DNA of 32,000 bases from Candidatus Methylomirabilis oxygeniifera. Lineage in GTDB: Bacteria; Methylomirabilota; Methylomirabilia; Methylomirabilales; Methylomirabilaceae. The position numbers and the translations under genes are program-made. The notes beneath the pieces were generated by a model. It made no database searches. It worked only from the letters and a program-made list of their open reading frames with translations, and had not been told where the DNA came from. Position 1 is the stretch's first letter. Every line of letters starts with the position of its first letter. The DNA lies in contig FP565575.1 in NCBI GenBank assembly GCA_000091165.1, positions 2,340,001-2,372,000 of the forward strand, given 5' to 3'. Below, in pieces: positions 31,700 through 32,000 of this stretch.

Positions 31700-31756
31700 A
31701 ACGGCCCACCCCCCCCAATACGGGGGTACACGTATAATGAGACAATAGCGCGGTCA

Positions 31757-32000
31757 TTACCGCCGTGATAATGCGTCCTTCACCATCTGACTGGCCACCT
31801 TCCCATCAGCCCGGCCTGAGATCTCCGGCATCAGGAGCGCCATGACTTTACCCATGTCCTTGAGGGAGCTCGCCTGCGCCGTGACGAGCGCGTCCTCTAT
31901 TTTCGTTCGAAGCTCTTCCGGAGAGAGCGGCGGAGGCAGGTACAACTCAAGGATCTTCAGCTCGGCCTCCTCTTTTGCGGCCAGATCATCGCGTCCCCCC
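31757..32000 (-). CDS. yqeY: GatB/YqeY-domain protein, partial (N-terminus beyond the right edge)
   Basis: Frame reads ...RDDLAAKEEAELKILELYLPPPLSPEELRTKIEDALVTAQASSLKDMGKVMALLMPEISGRADGKVASQMVKDAL. Confidence 0.85.
   Translation of the reverse strand, partial: GGRDDLAAKEEAELKILELYLPPPLSPEELRTKIEDALVTAQASSLKDMGKVMALLMPEISGRADGKVASQMVKDALSRR

Noticed and set aside
31674-31710. Calling a complete plus-strand tRNA gene here
   Set aside because: Only the 3' part looks tRNA-like; no canonical 7-nt anticodon loop or D-arm could be drawn, so it is kept only as a structured relic candidate.
31620-31757. Extended MutS2 N-terminus MTALLSHYTCTPVLGGVGRSG...YQ
   Set aside because: The conserved protein starts at MNRIDQHTLEVLEWPAI (31619); the extra residues come from the structured intergenic region.

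Overview
The window appears to be a bacterial chromosomal segment in which core genes flank an accessory island built around a complete type I-G (formerly I-U) CRISPR-Cas locus. The left edge holds the N-terminal part of an LptD/OstA-like gene, which is on the minus strand and missing from the ORF track. A small periplasmic protein follows, then three toxin-antitoxin (TA) modules: Phd/VapC-PIN, AbrB/PIN and AbrB/Doc-Fic. Next comes a CRISPR array of 24 near-identical 36-nt repeats (4034-5743). A tightly packed minus-strand operon cas3-csx17-csb1-csb2-cas4/cas1-cas2 occupies 5951-15396. A second TA-rich stretch has three VapBC-type pairs, an orphan YgiT/MqsA-like zinc ribbon and a decayed ORF6N gene, plus a WYL-domain regulator. 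The right part is conserved housekeeping DNA: polX/PHP, lpxC, DUF721, RNase H-like, zinc-ribbon protein, tRNA-CAU, rpoD, dnaG, mutS2 and yqeY (partial). The most interesting signal is a series of solitary, degenerate copies of a different, type I-C-like CRISPR repeat (GTTTCAATCCACGCCCCCGCGCGGGGGCGAC). They sit at about 1182, 2078, 2895, 3735 and 3968, and each ~0.8 kb interval between the first four holds exactly one TA module. The last copy lies just outside the type I-G array. A second unexplained signal is a diverged ~150-bp non-coding element present twice (15670-15822 and 17448-17600) near two related VapBC modules. All family calls are from motif reading only; no database search was run.
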